From positions 64,001-128,000 of the forward strand of contig JBGAHS010000007.1 in NCBI GenBank assembly GCA_044226015.1: 64,000 bases of DNA. Reading direction: 5' to 3'. The translations under genes and the position numbers were made by a program. Source of the DNA: Candidatus Obscuribacteraceae bacterium. Its GTDB lineage: Bacteria > Cyanobacteriota > Vampirovibrionia > Obscuribacterales > Obscuribacteraceae. The notes under the pieces are model-generated. The model saw only the letters and a list, made by a program, of their open reading frames with translations, was not told where the DNA came from and made no database searches. Shown here in pieces: positions 1-10,658 of the stretch. Numbering within the stretch: the first letter of the stretch is position 1; each line of letters starts with the position of its first letter.

Positions 1-32
1 TCGGCTGCCTCGCTTGCATAGTCTTTGCTTCC

Positions 33-3000
33 TTATTGCTCTACGCCAGCCTTGGGCTTCTTGTTTGGAACACCAAACTGAGAGAGGTCGGCATGCAGGC
101 TTGTAACTGGTTTTCTGGCAGCAGCAGCCTGGTTGGGCATTTGAGGTGCCTGAGGCATTTGCGGCATCTGTGGCATTTGAGGCGCCTGCGGCATCTGCGG
201 AGCCTGTGGCATCTGAGGAGCCTGCGGCATACGCGGACCATGCTCTACCTGGGGCATGAGCATTTCTTCTTGTGCCATCTGAGGTGATGGAGGCATTTGA
301 GGTGCGTGTGGCATCTGAGGAGCCTGCGGCATCTGTGGTGCCTGTGCGAAAGGTACGGCTTGAGGCATTGGGATGGCTGGAGCTACTGCGCCAGTTGGAA
401 ATGGTTGTGCTTTGGCATCAGCTGCTGGTGCTGCTGCTTCTGCGCCCACAAACTTTCCGCATTCTTTGCAGAAGCGACCCTTACCAGATTGTTTGCCACA
501 ATGTGGGCAAGCTCGTTGTGTCGTAGTAGGACCCTGTGCTGGCATCGAAGCTGCAGCTGCAGCTGGAGCTGGAGCCGGAATCTGAGCCGGAGCAGCCGGA
601 ATCTGAGCGGGCGCAGGTCCTGCCATCGCTGCTGGTGCGGTGCCTGCTATGCCCATCGCGGGTATCGGCACCGGCGCTGGTGCTGGAGTCAATGGTATTG
701 ACACCGGTGCAGCTGAACCAGGAAATGCTGGTTTGCTGCTCGCTTGTGGCTCTGGACTTCCTGTGTTGAGTATTACGGCACTGGTAGATAGTGTTGCCTG
801 ATCTGGCGCCTGTGCATTTGCAGCGGCAGCGTTTGATGCTGCTGCCATAGCTGCATCGAGAGCGGCATTGGCGGCGGCTTTTGCAACTGGTGCTGCGACC
901 CCTGGTATGACGGCTCCTGGAACTGCCGATGGTACAGCGCCACCCGGAACTCCTGGTACAGGTGCCGCTGCCGATGGGTCTTGCCCGCCGCGGTTCGACA
1001 CATTGTGCAGCAAATGCAGTCGTGCGATTTCTTCGATACCACGCAAGTCAACCATGAATGGCTTGGTTTCGCCAAATTCTGGGTCACCTGCTGGTGATAG
1101 ATATACCAGAGCGTGGTGCTTCTCCATACGCTTGATGGTGTCTGCGTCTACTCGGGCTACAACTTGTTGCGAGTGAATTCTGTTCCAACTTGTTGGGAAG
1201 ATGCCGAATCCATTCGATTCATATCTATCTGAAATACCTGGAACGATAACGGCGTGTTTACCGATTTCATCCGAGAAGAACTTAGATGTCGATTCGTCAG
1301 CATTGTGCAAGCAAACACGAATTGCGCAGTTTGAGAACAATGTCTTCAATTCTGAAGCGCCGCCCGATGTCGGGTCTGCGCTCATCTTGCCAGCAATCTG
1401 GCTGATGTTCTGAAGAATTACTGCCAGACCGCCGTTGGCGCCGCGTACAATCGCTGACAATCTGCCTGCCAGGTCGATATTCAAGGTTTGATACTCATCG
1501 AAAAACGCGAACAATGGCAGAACCGAGGCGGTACCATATCTGGTGTGCAATGCTTGTTGTAATTGATAAACGAAACATGCTGCAAGTGACTCAGCATCAG
1601 GTCCCAAGCTTGCCGGCGCACCGAAAATCAGCACGGAAGGACGGTGCATGGTTGCTTTGATGTCTACGTTCGATTGCTCGGTAACGCGCAGAACCTGTTC
1701 GTTTCTGAACATTCTCAAGCGACCACGTACACCTTGAATGTTCTTGTCCCAATCTGTATCTGTTCGAATGATTGAGGACAGAGTCATGGTTTGTTCATTG
1801 AGTTCTGTTGGGTCGACATCTGGGTTTGTCTTCAGTCGGCGTAGTGACTCAACGATGTTTCTGCGGTTGTTTACAAGTTTCATTAGACCGCGCGGATTGC
1901 AAGGCAACGGCGCAACTTCTGCAGTCTGTCCATTTTCATCATCACGAACTACTTGCACTGCGCCCCATTTCAGAAGCTTCACCAGTCCAGAGATGTATCC
2001 GTGATCACGTTCTGCCCAGTGTTGTTCTTCTGGAGGCAGCGAGTTTACGTCTTGTACGATAGATGAAGCGAAGCTAGTTGGGTCCAAATCAAGCGGGTTC
2101 CAGCAAATAGATTCAGCGTCCAGAGGGTTGAAGTACAAAGCTTCAAATCCTGCTGCTTTGGCTTCTGGCAATACTGTGTGCTTGAAGCTTTCTTTCTTTT
2201 CGTCGAGGTTCGGGTCGTTCGCTTTAGCTTCCAGTGCGATCATGACGCAAGGCTTTGCAAGCAGTGCTTTCATTACCGCACGCATCAAGGTCGTTTTACC
2301 TGAACCTGACGGAGCTACGATGAACATGTTTTTGTTTGGAAGGTGACCAAGTGGAATGGTCACTGGCAAGTGCGTTCTAGCCAGGAATCCGAATGGAATT
2401 ACAATGCCATCGGCATCTGTCCACGTCGCCTGCGGGTTGCGCTTACCCATTCTTCCATGTCTCCGCAAATTAGGCGGACACACAAATGAACGCTCGTAAT
2501 CTCGCGGTGTCATCAAGCCCGATGGCGGGTTGAAGGTTCTGATTGTTTGCCATGGGAAGAGGCGTTTCTTGTGTGCTGCTGCGACGATTAGGGCTAGCAG
2601 AACTAGAGTCGGCAATAAGATTGCAATAGAAGTTGCATCCAGAAATCCGTGAGTGCGGTAATTCTTTCCGCCAGCCAAATGAGGAGTTTGCTTTTCGACG
2701 CCTTCCAACCTATGGCTTGGGGGTGTTCCCGCCGTCTGCTCTGCTGAACCTGGTCCGAGCGTTTGCGCGCCTGGTTGAACGAGCGGGCTGCTTCCGTCTG
2801 GAGCGGGTGCTGCTGCTGGCGCTGGAGCTTGCTGCATTGGCATCTGTTGGCTCGCCATCGGCATGGGGGCTGCTTGTCCCTGCTGAGCTGGCTGCTGTCC
2901 AGGAGTGAGAACTGGGGCGAAACCTTGTTGCTGCGAACCGAGCTGTTGCTGGTTGTACTGAAATATTGGAGCTACGCCGTTGCCGCCGTATTGACCTTGT

Positions 3001-3176
3001 TGAGCTGGCGGCACTGCATACATCTGCGGTGCTTGCGGTGCCGGAGTCATGACATAGCCACCACTTTGTTGCATGAAGCGGCGTTCGAATTCTTTTGCAC
3101 TGATGACTTCACCAGTTTCAGAATCCTTATATTTAGTGATGACGCCACGATCATCGATTTGTGCTCTGTAAGGCAT
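33..3176 (-). CDS. virD4: VirD4/TraG-like type IV coupling protein with Gln/Pro-rich N-terminus and Pro/Ala-rich, zinc-ribbon-containing C-terminal tail
   Basis: Single TM segment (IAILLPTLVLLALIVAAA), Walker A APSGSGKTT, CWNPL motif, Walker B FFDEYQ and ILQNISQ; last gene of a virB3-virB4-virB8 run. Confidence 0.85.
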   Translation of the reverse strand: MPYRAQIDDRGVITKYKDSETGEVISAKEFERRFMQQSGGYVMTPAPQAPQMYAVPPAQQGQYGGNGVAPIFQYNQQQLGSQQQGFAPVLTPGQQPAQQGQAAPMPMASQQMPMQQAPAPAAAPAPDGSSPLVQPGAQTLGPGSAEQTAGTPPSHRLEGVEKQTPHLAGGKNYRTHGFLDATSIAILLPTLVLLALIVAAAHKKRLFPWQTIRTFNPPSGLMTPRDYERSFVCPPNLRRHGRMGKRNPQATWTDADGIVIPFGFLARTHLPVTIPLGHLPNKNMFIVAPSGSGKTTLMRAVMKALLAKPCVMIALEAKANDPNLDEKKESFKHTVLPEAKAAGFEALYFNPLDAESICWNPLDLDPTSFASSIVQDVNSLPPEEQHWAERDHGYISGLVKLLKWGAVQVVRDDENGQTAEVAPLPCNPRGLMKLVNNRRNIVESLRRLKTNPDVDPTELNEQTMTLSSIIRTDTDWDKNIQGVRGRLRMFRNEQVLRVTEQSNVDIKATMHRPSVLIFGAPASLGPDAESLAACFVYQLQQALHTRYGTASVLPLFAFFDEYQTLNIDLAGRLSAIVRGANGGLAVILQNISQIAGKMSADPTSGGASELKTLFSNCAIRVCLHNADESTSKFFSDEIGKHAVIVPGISDRYESNGFGIFPTSWNRIHSQQVVARVDADTIKRMEKHHALVYLSPAGDPEFGETKPFMVDLRGIEEIARLHLLHNVSNRGGQDPSAAAPVPGVPGGAVPSAVPGAVIPGVAAPVAKAAANAALDAAMAAASNAAAANAQAPDQATLSTSAVILNTGSPEPQASSKPAFPGSAAPVSIPLTPAPAPVPIPAMGIAGTAPAAMAGPAPAQIPAAPAQIPAPAPAAAAASMPAQGPTTTQRACPHCGKQSGKGRFCKECGKFVGAEAAAPAADAKAQPFPTGAVAPAIPMPQAVPFAQAPQMPQAPQMPHAPQMPPSPQMAQEEMLMPQVEHGPRMPQAPQMPQAPQMPQAPQMPQMPQMPQAPQMPNQAAAARKPVTSLHADLSQFGVPNKKPKAGVEQ
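136..345 (-). repeat. Intragenic 9/18-bp tandem repeats encoding (PQMPQA)n in the VirD4 tail
   Basis: Repeated ggcatctgaggagcctgc / ggcatttgaggcgcctgc units; translation PQMPQAPQMPQAPQMPQ. Confidence 0.85.
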
Positions 3177-3198
3177 TTAAGCTAGTCTCCGTTGCAGC

Positions 3199-3846
3199 CT
3201 ATTGTGTATTATTTCCGGCTTCGCTGATGGCCGCAATACGTAATCCCTCAGGAAGTTGTTTAACTAAGTAGATAACTTTTACATTTCTGGTTTTGCTTCC
3301 CTTGCCGGGAACGGTCAATACCTGTTCTCCTTCTACAGTGACCTCGACAGAACCATCAGCTCGAATTGGGCTCTGGTCAATTTTTTTCGTACTGAAAGTG
3401 CTTTGAACTCCTGATTGTTCAATCTGTTGAGCAATCTGTGGCGTCCAGATATTCTGAGTGTAAGCCTGTCTGCACTCTTCGGTCATAACCATCAGAGCGC
3501 GATCCTGGTTAGCGCGAGCTGAGTAGGCGCTGAGGTCCCAGGCCAGAGGCAAGAAATTTTCAACAAGCGTGCGAGCTTGCATTGGGTCGGCTGCCATCGC
3601 TTGAGCTCCCGCCCCACCCTGTCCGCCATCTGCTGGTGGACCACCCTGATAATCTTCCGGCATTCTGGCTTGACCCGTTGCATCTGGGTTGTTAGCCCAA
3701 GCTGGCGGCTGGCGGCGCTTTTGCGGACCTGAAGCTTCAGGAGTTGGCATCAACAAGACAGTAAAAAATACACCGGCCATAACGCCGGCAATTGCCACCA
3801 TTATGAGCGTTAGCTTGTATTTTTCACCTGCTTGATAGTCAAACAT
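3199..3846 (-). CDS. VirB8/TcpC-like bitopic T4SS protein
   Basis: N-terminal TM helix, then a VirB8/NTF2-like pattern (ARTLVENFL...ARANQDRAL...VTVEGEQ...EGLRIAAISE); lies between virB4 and virD4. Confidence 0.6.
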   Translation of the reverse strand: MFDYQAGEKYKLTLIMVAIAGVMAGVFFTVLLMPTPEASGPQKRRQPPAWANNPDATGQARMPEDYQGGPPADGGQGGAGAQAMAADPMQARTLVENFLPLAWDLSAYSARANQDRALMVMTEECRQAYTQNIWTPQIAQQIEQSGVQSTFSTKKIDQSPIRADGSVEVTVEGEQVLTVPGKGSKTRNVKVIYLVKQLPEGLRIAAISEAGNNTQ

Positions 3847-3850
3847 TTTT

Positions 3851-6709
3851 CTATTGCATCCTCAGCATTTCATCTTTGAAGGTTTCTGGCGTAACGCCGT
3901 TGGCGAGCAGATGGCAGGCCCATCTGTTATCGTTGTTGCAAAGTTCAATCATACGCGAACGCAGGGGTTGGTCATTGTTTGGTTCGGTCGTTGCGACCCA
4001 GTACATGAAGCGCGGAACGATGAGTTTCACAACACCGCGCGACATCTTGTGGTAGACCAGAAACGCATCTGAATACTCTCGGTTTTTTCTGGTCAAATGC
4101 CCGATGGAGGACATTTCGGCAGCGGTTAATCCGCATGAGTCGCGAATCAAATCAAAGTTACTCGGGTCGTTACCCAAAATAATTTTGATGGAACTGTTGC
4201 TTGCCAGGTTGCGTGCGCGGTCGTCTCTAAGCAAGTCTCCCAATTCCTGGGAGATGCCTATAAAGAGCAAGCCTAAGTGGCGGCTGGTACGTGAAGCGTC
4301 TTCAACGAGTGTTTTTCCGCCTTCGTAGCGAAGCAGTCTCCACAACTCGTCTATACAGAACACAAATCGCGAAGGCTTACCTTTGCCGATTTGTTCTTTC
4401 TTGTGTTTTGCTGCTCTGCGCAGAACGAAGTCCGATACGAAAAGTGTGACAACAGCCTCGAGTGTTTTGTCGTGAGACAGGTCAGCGGTGTCGAACACGA
4501 GAAGTTGCGCATCGGTTGGAATGGATGTTTCGCCGTCGAACAATTTGCCGAAGATTGCGCCCTTGCAGTAGAGACTCAATCGGTTAGCCAGGTCTTCGCA
4601 GACCTCACCGCGGCGAGCGCCCTTATTATTTGCGGCTTCATTAAAGAGCCAGGCAACAAGGTCTGACTCGATTGGCAGTCGTTGCTCAGCAGCGGTCATT
4701 TTATAAACAGCCTGGATGCCTTGCATCAAGATTGGCTTTTCTTCTTTGCTCATCGATTGCTCGCCACGTTCGCCCAGCATTACTGAGTGGAAATTGAGCA
4801 ATTTAATGATGTGCGATTCTGGTGGATTTGCCGGGTCAATCGGTTTGCCGTCAGGACCTTCCGGAGGCAAGTCGTAGAGGTTGATACAAACTGAACCGTC
4901 AGGACCCAATTTGATGTAAGCCGAATTGTCGTAGACCTCGGTGAGCAGCCTATAGCTTCCCGAACGGTCGATGATTACGCATTTCGCGCCAGCCAGCAGT
5001 TTCAACTGAATGATTTGCTGGGCAACCATGGATTTACCTTCCCCAGGTTGACCGAATACAACACAAAGCGCGTTCGGTAATTTTTCGTCGTAGGGGTTCA
5101 GGAAGACGGGCTCAAGAGTTTCTTTCGAGAAGCCTATCCAATCGCCATCGTCAGACCCTAGTTTGGCATGAACGAAGGGGAATGAGTTGCGGACCGTGGG
5201 CGTTCTTACAGCTTTGCCGCGACGAGTGAAGTCCACTCCGAGAGCTGGCAGGCTGGTGAGAAACAATTGTTTTTGCTCGTGCTGTCCAACAACGAAACGA
5301 GCCCCACGGCACTGTGGAGCTGCAGAGCGCATCATTTCTGTGTTGCGGTTCAAATCTTCGATTGAGTCAGCAACCATCGTAAAATAAATCGAGTAGTTGA
5401 ACATTTCAAGGTTCGATGTGTACAACTCTGAGCCGATTCTGGCGGCTTCTTGTGCTTTCTCAGCTTCTTCCTGGTTCGGTGCAGAGCGCGGACCCATCAC
5501 CCCCTGGTAGGTGTTCGCTGTTGCCTGTGCTTGCTTGCGTTGCAAGTTTTTTCTAAACAGGTCTTTGTCCAACTTGTGGCAGTAAATGTTCATTCTCCAC
5601 TGGCAATTGAGGCGCAGCAGTGGCATCAACCATAGTGGAGCCGTTCGTTCCGGCAAGCGGCTCATGTATAGCGTTCTAACGAATTTCGCCTTCTCTCCAC
5701 CACCCTCAGCATCGGTTTCTGTGAGGTCGGAAATTTTTGCAAAATCAGGCTTACTGAAATCGTAAAGCGACTCTGCCAGCTGCTGTCTGATTGTGGCAGG
5801 CTCCATGTCCGGGAAAACTCTTCTCAGTCCCGGAGGCATCGGCGCGGTGTTCGGACGAATTGGTTCTGGCAAATTCTGCATTCCATAACTCTCTGCAAGA
5901 GTCGGATTGAAATTCTTGTATAGAAATTGGAAATACTCTTTTGCCGAAATTGGACGAGCGCTCATTCCGCATGCTCCTAACTGAGCAACGTGACCTTGAG
6001 CTCGTTGAATCAAGGTCTGAACATTTTTGCCATGCGCTGCTACGGTCTGCCGAGCGGCCTGATTTTGGAAGCTATCGATGACATGGTTGACAGTGTTTTC
6101 AATCCATCCTTGCTTTGCTGGCTTTTCTCTTGGGGGGCGGTAGCAAAAGGTGACAAAGAACTTAAGCTCAGGGATGAAGTTTTTCGAGAGGAGGAAGGAC
6201 TCGTCGTTTTCAACACTTTTGGCAACATACTTGAGGAATTCATCATCTTCTTTGACCTCTACAGGGTGACGCAGGAAGTAATCTTTTTTGCTCACGTTAT
6301 GGCAGGCAATCGTGAGCTGAACTGAAGTATCAATGCTATTAACGAAGCCGGTGAAATGGTTCATTAAAGAGACCAATCTGACTTCGTCAAAACCGCTTAC
6401 GTGGACTCCATCCACTTCGAAGCAACAGCGATAGCTGCCGTCTTTCAAAACTACAACGCCCAAACCCGAAGCATCATCATGGAACAAATCCCACAGTGGC
6501 GCTAACCCAGCAGCTGAATTGTGCGGACGGGGCACTTCGTTTGCGGGCAACTTAGACATACCTGGTGCTGGCATTTGCGCCCCAGCACTGGTTTTGTTTC
6601 CGAGCAATCCGATCAGATTAGAGAGAGGATTAGTCTTCTCCTGATAGTTGCGTAAAGAGCTAGCCATTTCGTTGTTGTTACTCATTGAATTCAAGAAGCG
6701 ACTCGTCAA
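3851..6709 (-). CDS. virB4: VirB4/TraE-like T4SS ATPase (alternative ATG start at 6685)
   Basis: Walker A VFGQPGEGKS, IIDRSGSY, INLYD, Walker B FCIDELW, SRHLG...ISQE; 952 aa; directly downstream of a PrgI/VirB3-like gene. Confidence 0.9.
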   Translation of the reverse strand: MTSRFLNSMSNNNEMASSLRNYQEKTNPLSNLIGLLGNKTSAGAQMPAPGMSKLPANEVPRPHNSAAGLAPLWDLFHDDASGLGVVVLKDGSYRCCFEVDGVHVSGFDEVRLVSLMNHFTGFVNSIDTSVQLTIACHNVSKKDYFLRHPVEVKEDDEFLKYVAKSVENDESFLLSKNFIPELKFFVTFCYRPPREKPAKQGWIENTVNHVIDSFQNQAARQTVAAHGKNVQTLIQRAQGHVAQLGACGMSARPISAKEYFQFLYKNFNPTLAESYGMQNLPEPIRPNTAPMPPGLRRVFPDMEPATIRQQLAESLYDFSKPDFAKISDLTETDAEGGGEKAKFVRTLYMSRLPERTAPLWLMPLLRLNCQWRMNIYCHKLDKDLFRKNLQRKQAQATANTYQGVMGPRSAPNQEEAEKAQEAARIGSELYTSNLEMFNYSIYFTMVADSIEDLNRNTEMMRSAAPQCRGARFVVGQHEQKQLFLTSLPALGVDFTRRGKAVRTPTVRNSFPFVHAKLGSDDGDWIGFSKETLEPVFLNPYDEKLPNALCVVFGQPGEGKSMVAQQIIQLKLLAGAKCVIIDRSGSYRLLTEVYDNSAYIKLGPDGSVCINLYDLPPEGPDGKPIDPANPPESHIIKLLNFHSVMLGERGEQSMSKEEKPILMQGIQAVYKMTAAEQRLPIESDLVAWLFNEAANNKGARRGEVCEDLANRLSLYCKGAIFGKLFDGETSIPTDAQLLVFDTADLSHDKTLEAVVTLFVSDFVLRRAAKHKKEQIGKGKPSRFVFCIDELWRLLRYEGGKTLVEDASRTSRHLGLLFIGISQELGDLLRDDRARNLASNSSIKIILGNDPSNFDLIRDSCGLTAAEMSSIGHLTRKNREYSDAFLVYHKMSRGVVKLIVPRFMYWVATTEPNNDQPLRSRMIELCNNDNRWACHLLANGVTPETFKDEMLRMQ

Positions 6710-7022
6710 TTAGGAATCGAGTTGGGTTAGGGTCAGGACCAGGAATTAGGACTGAAGAGGTGACATAGAAGTTGATGAATGTTTCCCATGAAACGCCGCC
6801 GCCACTGCGGGCAGTGACGAGGCAGTAAATCGGACCCACCATAAAAATGAGAATAGAAATGTCGAGGCGAAGGTCGTGCCCTCCCATGATGGGCAGTGGG
6901 TTCATCCAGGAATATAGCTGCGTTGATGCAATTAGCGAACCGAGCACAGTGATCAACTGGTCGTAGCGTAAGCCAAAAAGCTTCGGTTGGTCTTCTAGAT
7001 TGAGGGGTGTTATGTCTTCCAT
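6678..7022 (-). CDS. PrgI/VirB3-like membrane protein
   Basis: N-terminal PLNLEDQPKLFGLRYDQL matches the PrgI-family pattern; two TM segments; overlaps the virB4 start. Confidence 0.7.
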   Translation of the reverse strand: MEDITPLNLEDQPKLFGLRYDQLITVLGSLIASTQLYSWMNPLPIMGGHDLRLDISILIFMVGPIYCLVTARSGGGVSWETFINFYVTSSVLIPGPDPNPTRFLIDESLLEFNE

Positions 7023-7033
7023 CTTACTCTGTC

Positions 7034-7720
7034 CTAAGCTGCATTGAAGGCTTTTACTGGGGCGAACATGTTTTCCACCAGATAAGGTGGCAGAAGGGTA
7101 GTTGATGGGTCAGCTGAGCGAGTCTGAACCTTTTGTCTCGTTATGAGACACTCGGGAAGTCTCTGTCCTGCCACTGCGAGGTCGAGGTGTTTGAGTGCTG
7201 CTTTGAAGTCAGACTCCTGTCGGCAAAGTTCTCCGAGAAGATATTGGTAAAAGCCGCGATCTTTCCTTGTGCTTGGGTGTCTGAGCGCCTTCTCCAGTTC
7301 TTCTCTGGCAATTCTCGACCAGTTAGAATGAGCCGTTTTGCCATCTCGCGCACACCAGCTGGCATTGAGTGCAACCAGTCCGAGTTCGAGATGGTTCAGT
7401 TTGTGTTGTTTGCCGCAAATGTATGCTCGGGCGAACTTTCGCAAATGCTCGTCTCTGGAACGATAGTCTGCTTCTGCTGACTCATCCAGCGAGAGCAGAC
7501 GAAAAGTTTTGAGCCACCAGGCATAGCCGCAGTGTGAGCACATGCTGATCGCCGCGCCTCTGAATGCAGATGTCGCATAAACACGATGAAGGTCGGTTTC
7601 GAATTTAGTTTCTGCTGTGATGCAATCGACTGTGTTTGGTACAGCCGTGCTGAATGAGAAGCTGCATGCTGGACATTCAACTCTTGCAACACTGAGGGTG
7701 AAATCAGCCACGATTTGCAT
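7034..7720 (-). CDS. DUF2225-like protein (two CxxC zinc knuckles plus TPR-like helices)
   Basis: CPAC...ETDLHRVY...CSHCGYA; ALNASWCAR; YLLGELCR; first gene of the virB3-virB4 block (11-bp gap). Confidence 0.7.
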   Translation of the reverse strand: MQIVADFTLSVARVECPACSFSFSTAVPNTVDCITAETKFETDLHRVYATSAFRGAAISMCSHCGYAWWLKTFRLLSLDESAEADYRSRDEHLRKFARAYICGKQHKLNHLELGLVALNASWCARDGKTAHSNWSRIAREELEKALRHPSTRKDRGFYQYLLGELCRQESDFKAALKHLDLAVAGQRLPECLITRQKVQTRSADPSTTLLPPYLVENMFAPVKAFNAA

Positions 7721-7820
7721 TTAGTACCTCAAAAGAAACTTGGGTCTTTGACCCTGAAAACAGTCCCCGCCACGCCAATCGGACCACTTTCGTAGGTAGA
7801 TTATGCAATATTCACAATGC

Positions 7821-7892
7821 CGGTAAATCGGGGAAATCACCATATAAGTGGGAATATTCCCATGCTACACGTTTTTAGTGGGGAAATTACGT
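7821..7892. promoter_or_regulatory. Operator-like palindrome cluster (CGGGGAAATCACCA 7829, perfect palindrome TGGGAATATTCCCA 7849, TGGGGAAATTACGT 7879)
   Basis: Read directly from sequence; about 110-170 bp upstream of the 7720 start; first two sites are 20 bp apart. Confidence 0.6.
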
Positions 7893-8047
7893 ATTCTGTA
7901 ATACGAATTGCAGAATATTTTTGCCCCGACAGAGACGAGCATCAGGCGAGATTTAAGCTTAATTCTCACATCCGCAGAGCTTCACGAGCCCTGCCTTCTT
8001 GATTTTGCGAAAAGGTGGCAGCACCAGCAAAGCCTCTGGGCGCACAC

Positions 8048-8269
8048 TTACTTCCATGCCACCCAGATAGAGATCGGGTTCAGCATGGTATTGGCCGCTG
8101 ATACCAATTCTGGTGCTGAGTTTTCGTCAGACGTGGTAAAAGTCGAATCTGTAGTATGCTCCGCAAAGGGCTCTCCGGCTTTAAGAGTGATTTTTTCAGC
8201 CTCGCTGCAAACGACCCCGGGATCGATCCGGGGCGATTGCTTACGCGTTTCATCTTCAAATGGAGTCAT
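8048..8269 (-). pseudogene. Short ORF, probable gene remnant
   Basis: 73-aa ORF whose ATG overlaps the TGA of an upstream start-less reading frame (...ARKDWRERWSERFR*); no recognisable family. Confidence 0.25.
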
Positions 8270-8394
8270 CTAAACCGTTCGCTCCAACGCTCGCGCCAGT
8301 CTTTCCTCGCCATCGCCAAGCTCGGAGCATACTCAACTGTACCAACTACCGTAACCTGTTTAACATCATAGAGCGGTAAATGAGCAGGACAACC

Positions 8395-8877
8395 TCACAC
8401 ATTCTTTCTGAGCTTCTCAAACTCCTGCGACCAAGATTCTACCAAGTGTTTCCCCACACGTTGGTGCTCGGAACCTGTCCAGGCCAGCAGCAATAGCTGA
8501 TACCACCCATCAAGAATACTCCGCAGGGTTTCGTCATTCCACCGAAAGTCGCCTGCAACCTTGGAAAAGAACTGTTGCGAAGTATTTGCTATCGCGCACC
8601 ATACAGTTCGCTCTAAATCTTGAGGTGCTTCTGGTCCGAGAACTTTCTGAGCTTGCCACACTAATCGAGGTCGAAAGAGGCTTAATTGGGCTGGTTCTTT
8701 CGCCACAGCATCGATGTACTGGCGAAACAGTTCCTTGAACTCGTTATCATTTGTAATTCGTGCTCCGCTCTCGCAAGTAACACAAGTTGCAGATCTTGGA
8801 TGCAGTCCGCACTGAGTTGTGCAGGGGAATTGGTCACGCATAAGTCCTACTCCTAAGCCAGTCAGTAAGTTCAACAT
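8395..8877 (-). CDS. Hypothetical protein, possibly 5'-truncated
   Basis: 160-aa ORF whose C-terminal half looks helical and protein-like; no recognisable motif. Confidence 0.4.
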   Translation of the reverse strand: MLNLLTGLGVGLMRDQFPCTTQCGLHPRSATCVTCESGARITNDNEFKELFRQYIDAVAKEPAQLSLFRPRLVWQAQKVLGPEAPQDLERTVWCAIANTSQQFFSKVAGDFRWNDETLRSILDGWYQLLLLAWTGSEHQRVGKHLVESWSQEFEKLRKNV

Positions 8878-9144
8878 TACTATACTCAGAAGCAGAGGCC
8901 TGCAAACGCAACGATTAACTCCAAAGACTATGCCCGGTCGTCGTCTGAAACGACCAGCTTTTTTCTAAGCTCGATAAGCATTCCTTGATCTGAGCCGTAG
9001 CGTGGCTGAGGTGCAATTTAATGCCCCAATTTCTCTGTCTAGAACTACCCTTGTGCGATCTGTGGATCTTGTTCATAAATGGAAAGTCACATATTTGGCA
9101 CTTCAGACCAAGACGATATTCGAAAGTACCTGCCAGGAGCCTAT

Positions 9145-9678
9145 TTAATAAAACTTAGTTAATTTTGCATTATTGTTTGGCAGCAATTTGAGGACCTTTG
9201 CGCTGCGCCGGCTTTCCGCCTGTGCTCCCGGACCTAGCCGATTCGGATGATGCACAGGAATGCACCGCGATGCAGTAAGTTGCAGGGAAACATGGCACAA
9301 ATTTGTCACATCATTATTGACATAGGCATAGAGATTCGTATCTCCAGCTCGAAATCCAATTGGATCCGGCTGCAAAAACCTCCCTATCGAAGGGGAGTAA
9401 GTTCTTGCTTTGTAATTGTACAAATCTACTTCCGAATCGTATCGCTGCCCGGTGTAACCAAAAGGAATATCAAATTCTCCAACAGACTCTCCAAATGGAC
9501 CGTATGTGTATCTGTTCAAGATGGCGCCAGATTCGTCTGTCTGTGTAATCACAGATCCCAAACGGTCATGATGAAGATAAGTCTTAATAGAATCGGCAAT
9601 GTTGACGTATATTTCGTCCGCCCGGTCACTCCTTATACAGCGGGTCACTATTTCGTCGGCATCGTTGTATTCGCAGTA
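9145..9678 (-). pseudogene. Truncated RHS repeat-associated core domain fragment
   Basis: YLHHDRLGSV...YTYGPFGE...FGYTGQRYDSE..LYNYKARTYSPSIGRFLQPDPIG...NLYAYVNND; in-frame stops just upstream; terminal DPxG is missing and no toxin domain follows. Confidence 0.8.
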
Positions 9679-10234
9679 GAACTATCACAACGCAGACACA
9701 GCTGAGTGTTGCAACAACGTGCAGGCAATTTGTAGCTGCACAGTAATTACCAGGAGTGATCACCAAGCGCGAAGATAAGCATCTACAGCGCGGCGCGCGT
9801 GAAGAATAGTTGTAGTTGCGTAGACAATTTGTATGCAGTGTATTCTAGATTGATATTCGCGTGCTGATTTGCACAATCACCTACGGAAAAGATTTTCACC
9901 GCGTAGTCACTAAATTGGTGCCTACAGAATGACTACAGATACGCGCACCTTCCTCGCGCATTCACTTTATCCTGCTCGTTTTTCGGAATTCGAAAAAGGG
10001 AAGAACTACCGCGCCTCCTACAAGTTCGTCTACCGGGGACGGTTGCTGTTCGTCATGCAAGAATTGTGATAATTCCAGTACGAATTTGAGCTTTTGAACA
10101 CTACGCCTTCCTTCAGACGGATACGTTCGGCTGCCGACTGACAGATGGTCGAGTTGTAAGGCAAATTGGCATTCATGCCATCTCTCAGATCTCATTCAAC
10201 CTTCATCATTAATTTAATCGTTATACCCAGCTCA

Positions 10235-10471
10235 TTAGAAAGGAGGAGGCGGTACAGGCTTGCCAGTTAATTCAAAAACCGCCGGAACCACGCAGTTCTG
10301 AAATATATTATCCCGTAGGTTGTGCAATGGACCAGACTTGATCCAGCAGGTCTTGTCCGGATGCTCCTTGCTACAGCGAGCCATTAACTTTCTATCCCCG
10401 ACTTCCTCACATATGTAGGCGATGATCACCGTAGAAGCTAGTAATCCGAGAGTAAGAAGGATTGTTTTCAT
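10235..10471 (-). CDS. Small hypothetical membrane or secreted protein
   Basis: ATG with upstream AAAGGTG; hydrophobic N-terminus; 78 aa. Confidence 0.45.
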   Translation of the reverse strand: MKTILLTLGLLASTVIIAYICEEVGDRKLMARCSKEHPDKTCWIKSGPLHNLRDNIFQNCVVPAVFELTGKPVPPPPF

Positions 10472-10658
10472 GAAACACCTTTAGAGTCTCTATGAAAGTC
10501 ATATTCGACAAATCTTAAGTTGTCAATCCTAACTGCTATGGACAAGGCACTTTACCGGCCGGATAGATGCCGTAGACTGTGCCTCGATCTGAGCAAGAGT
10601 GCCAATCAGCACTCATTTGGTACATATGGCCATCTCCAGCTAGAACATGTCTGTAGTT

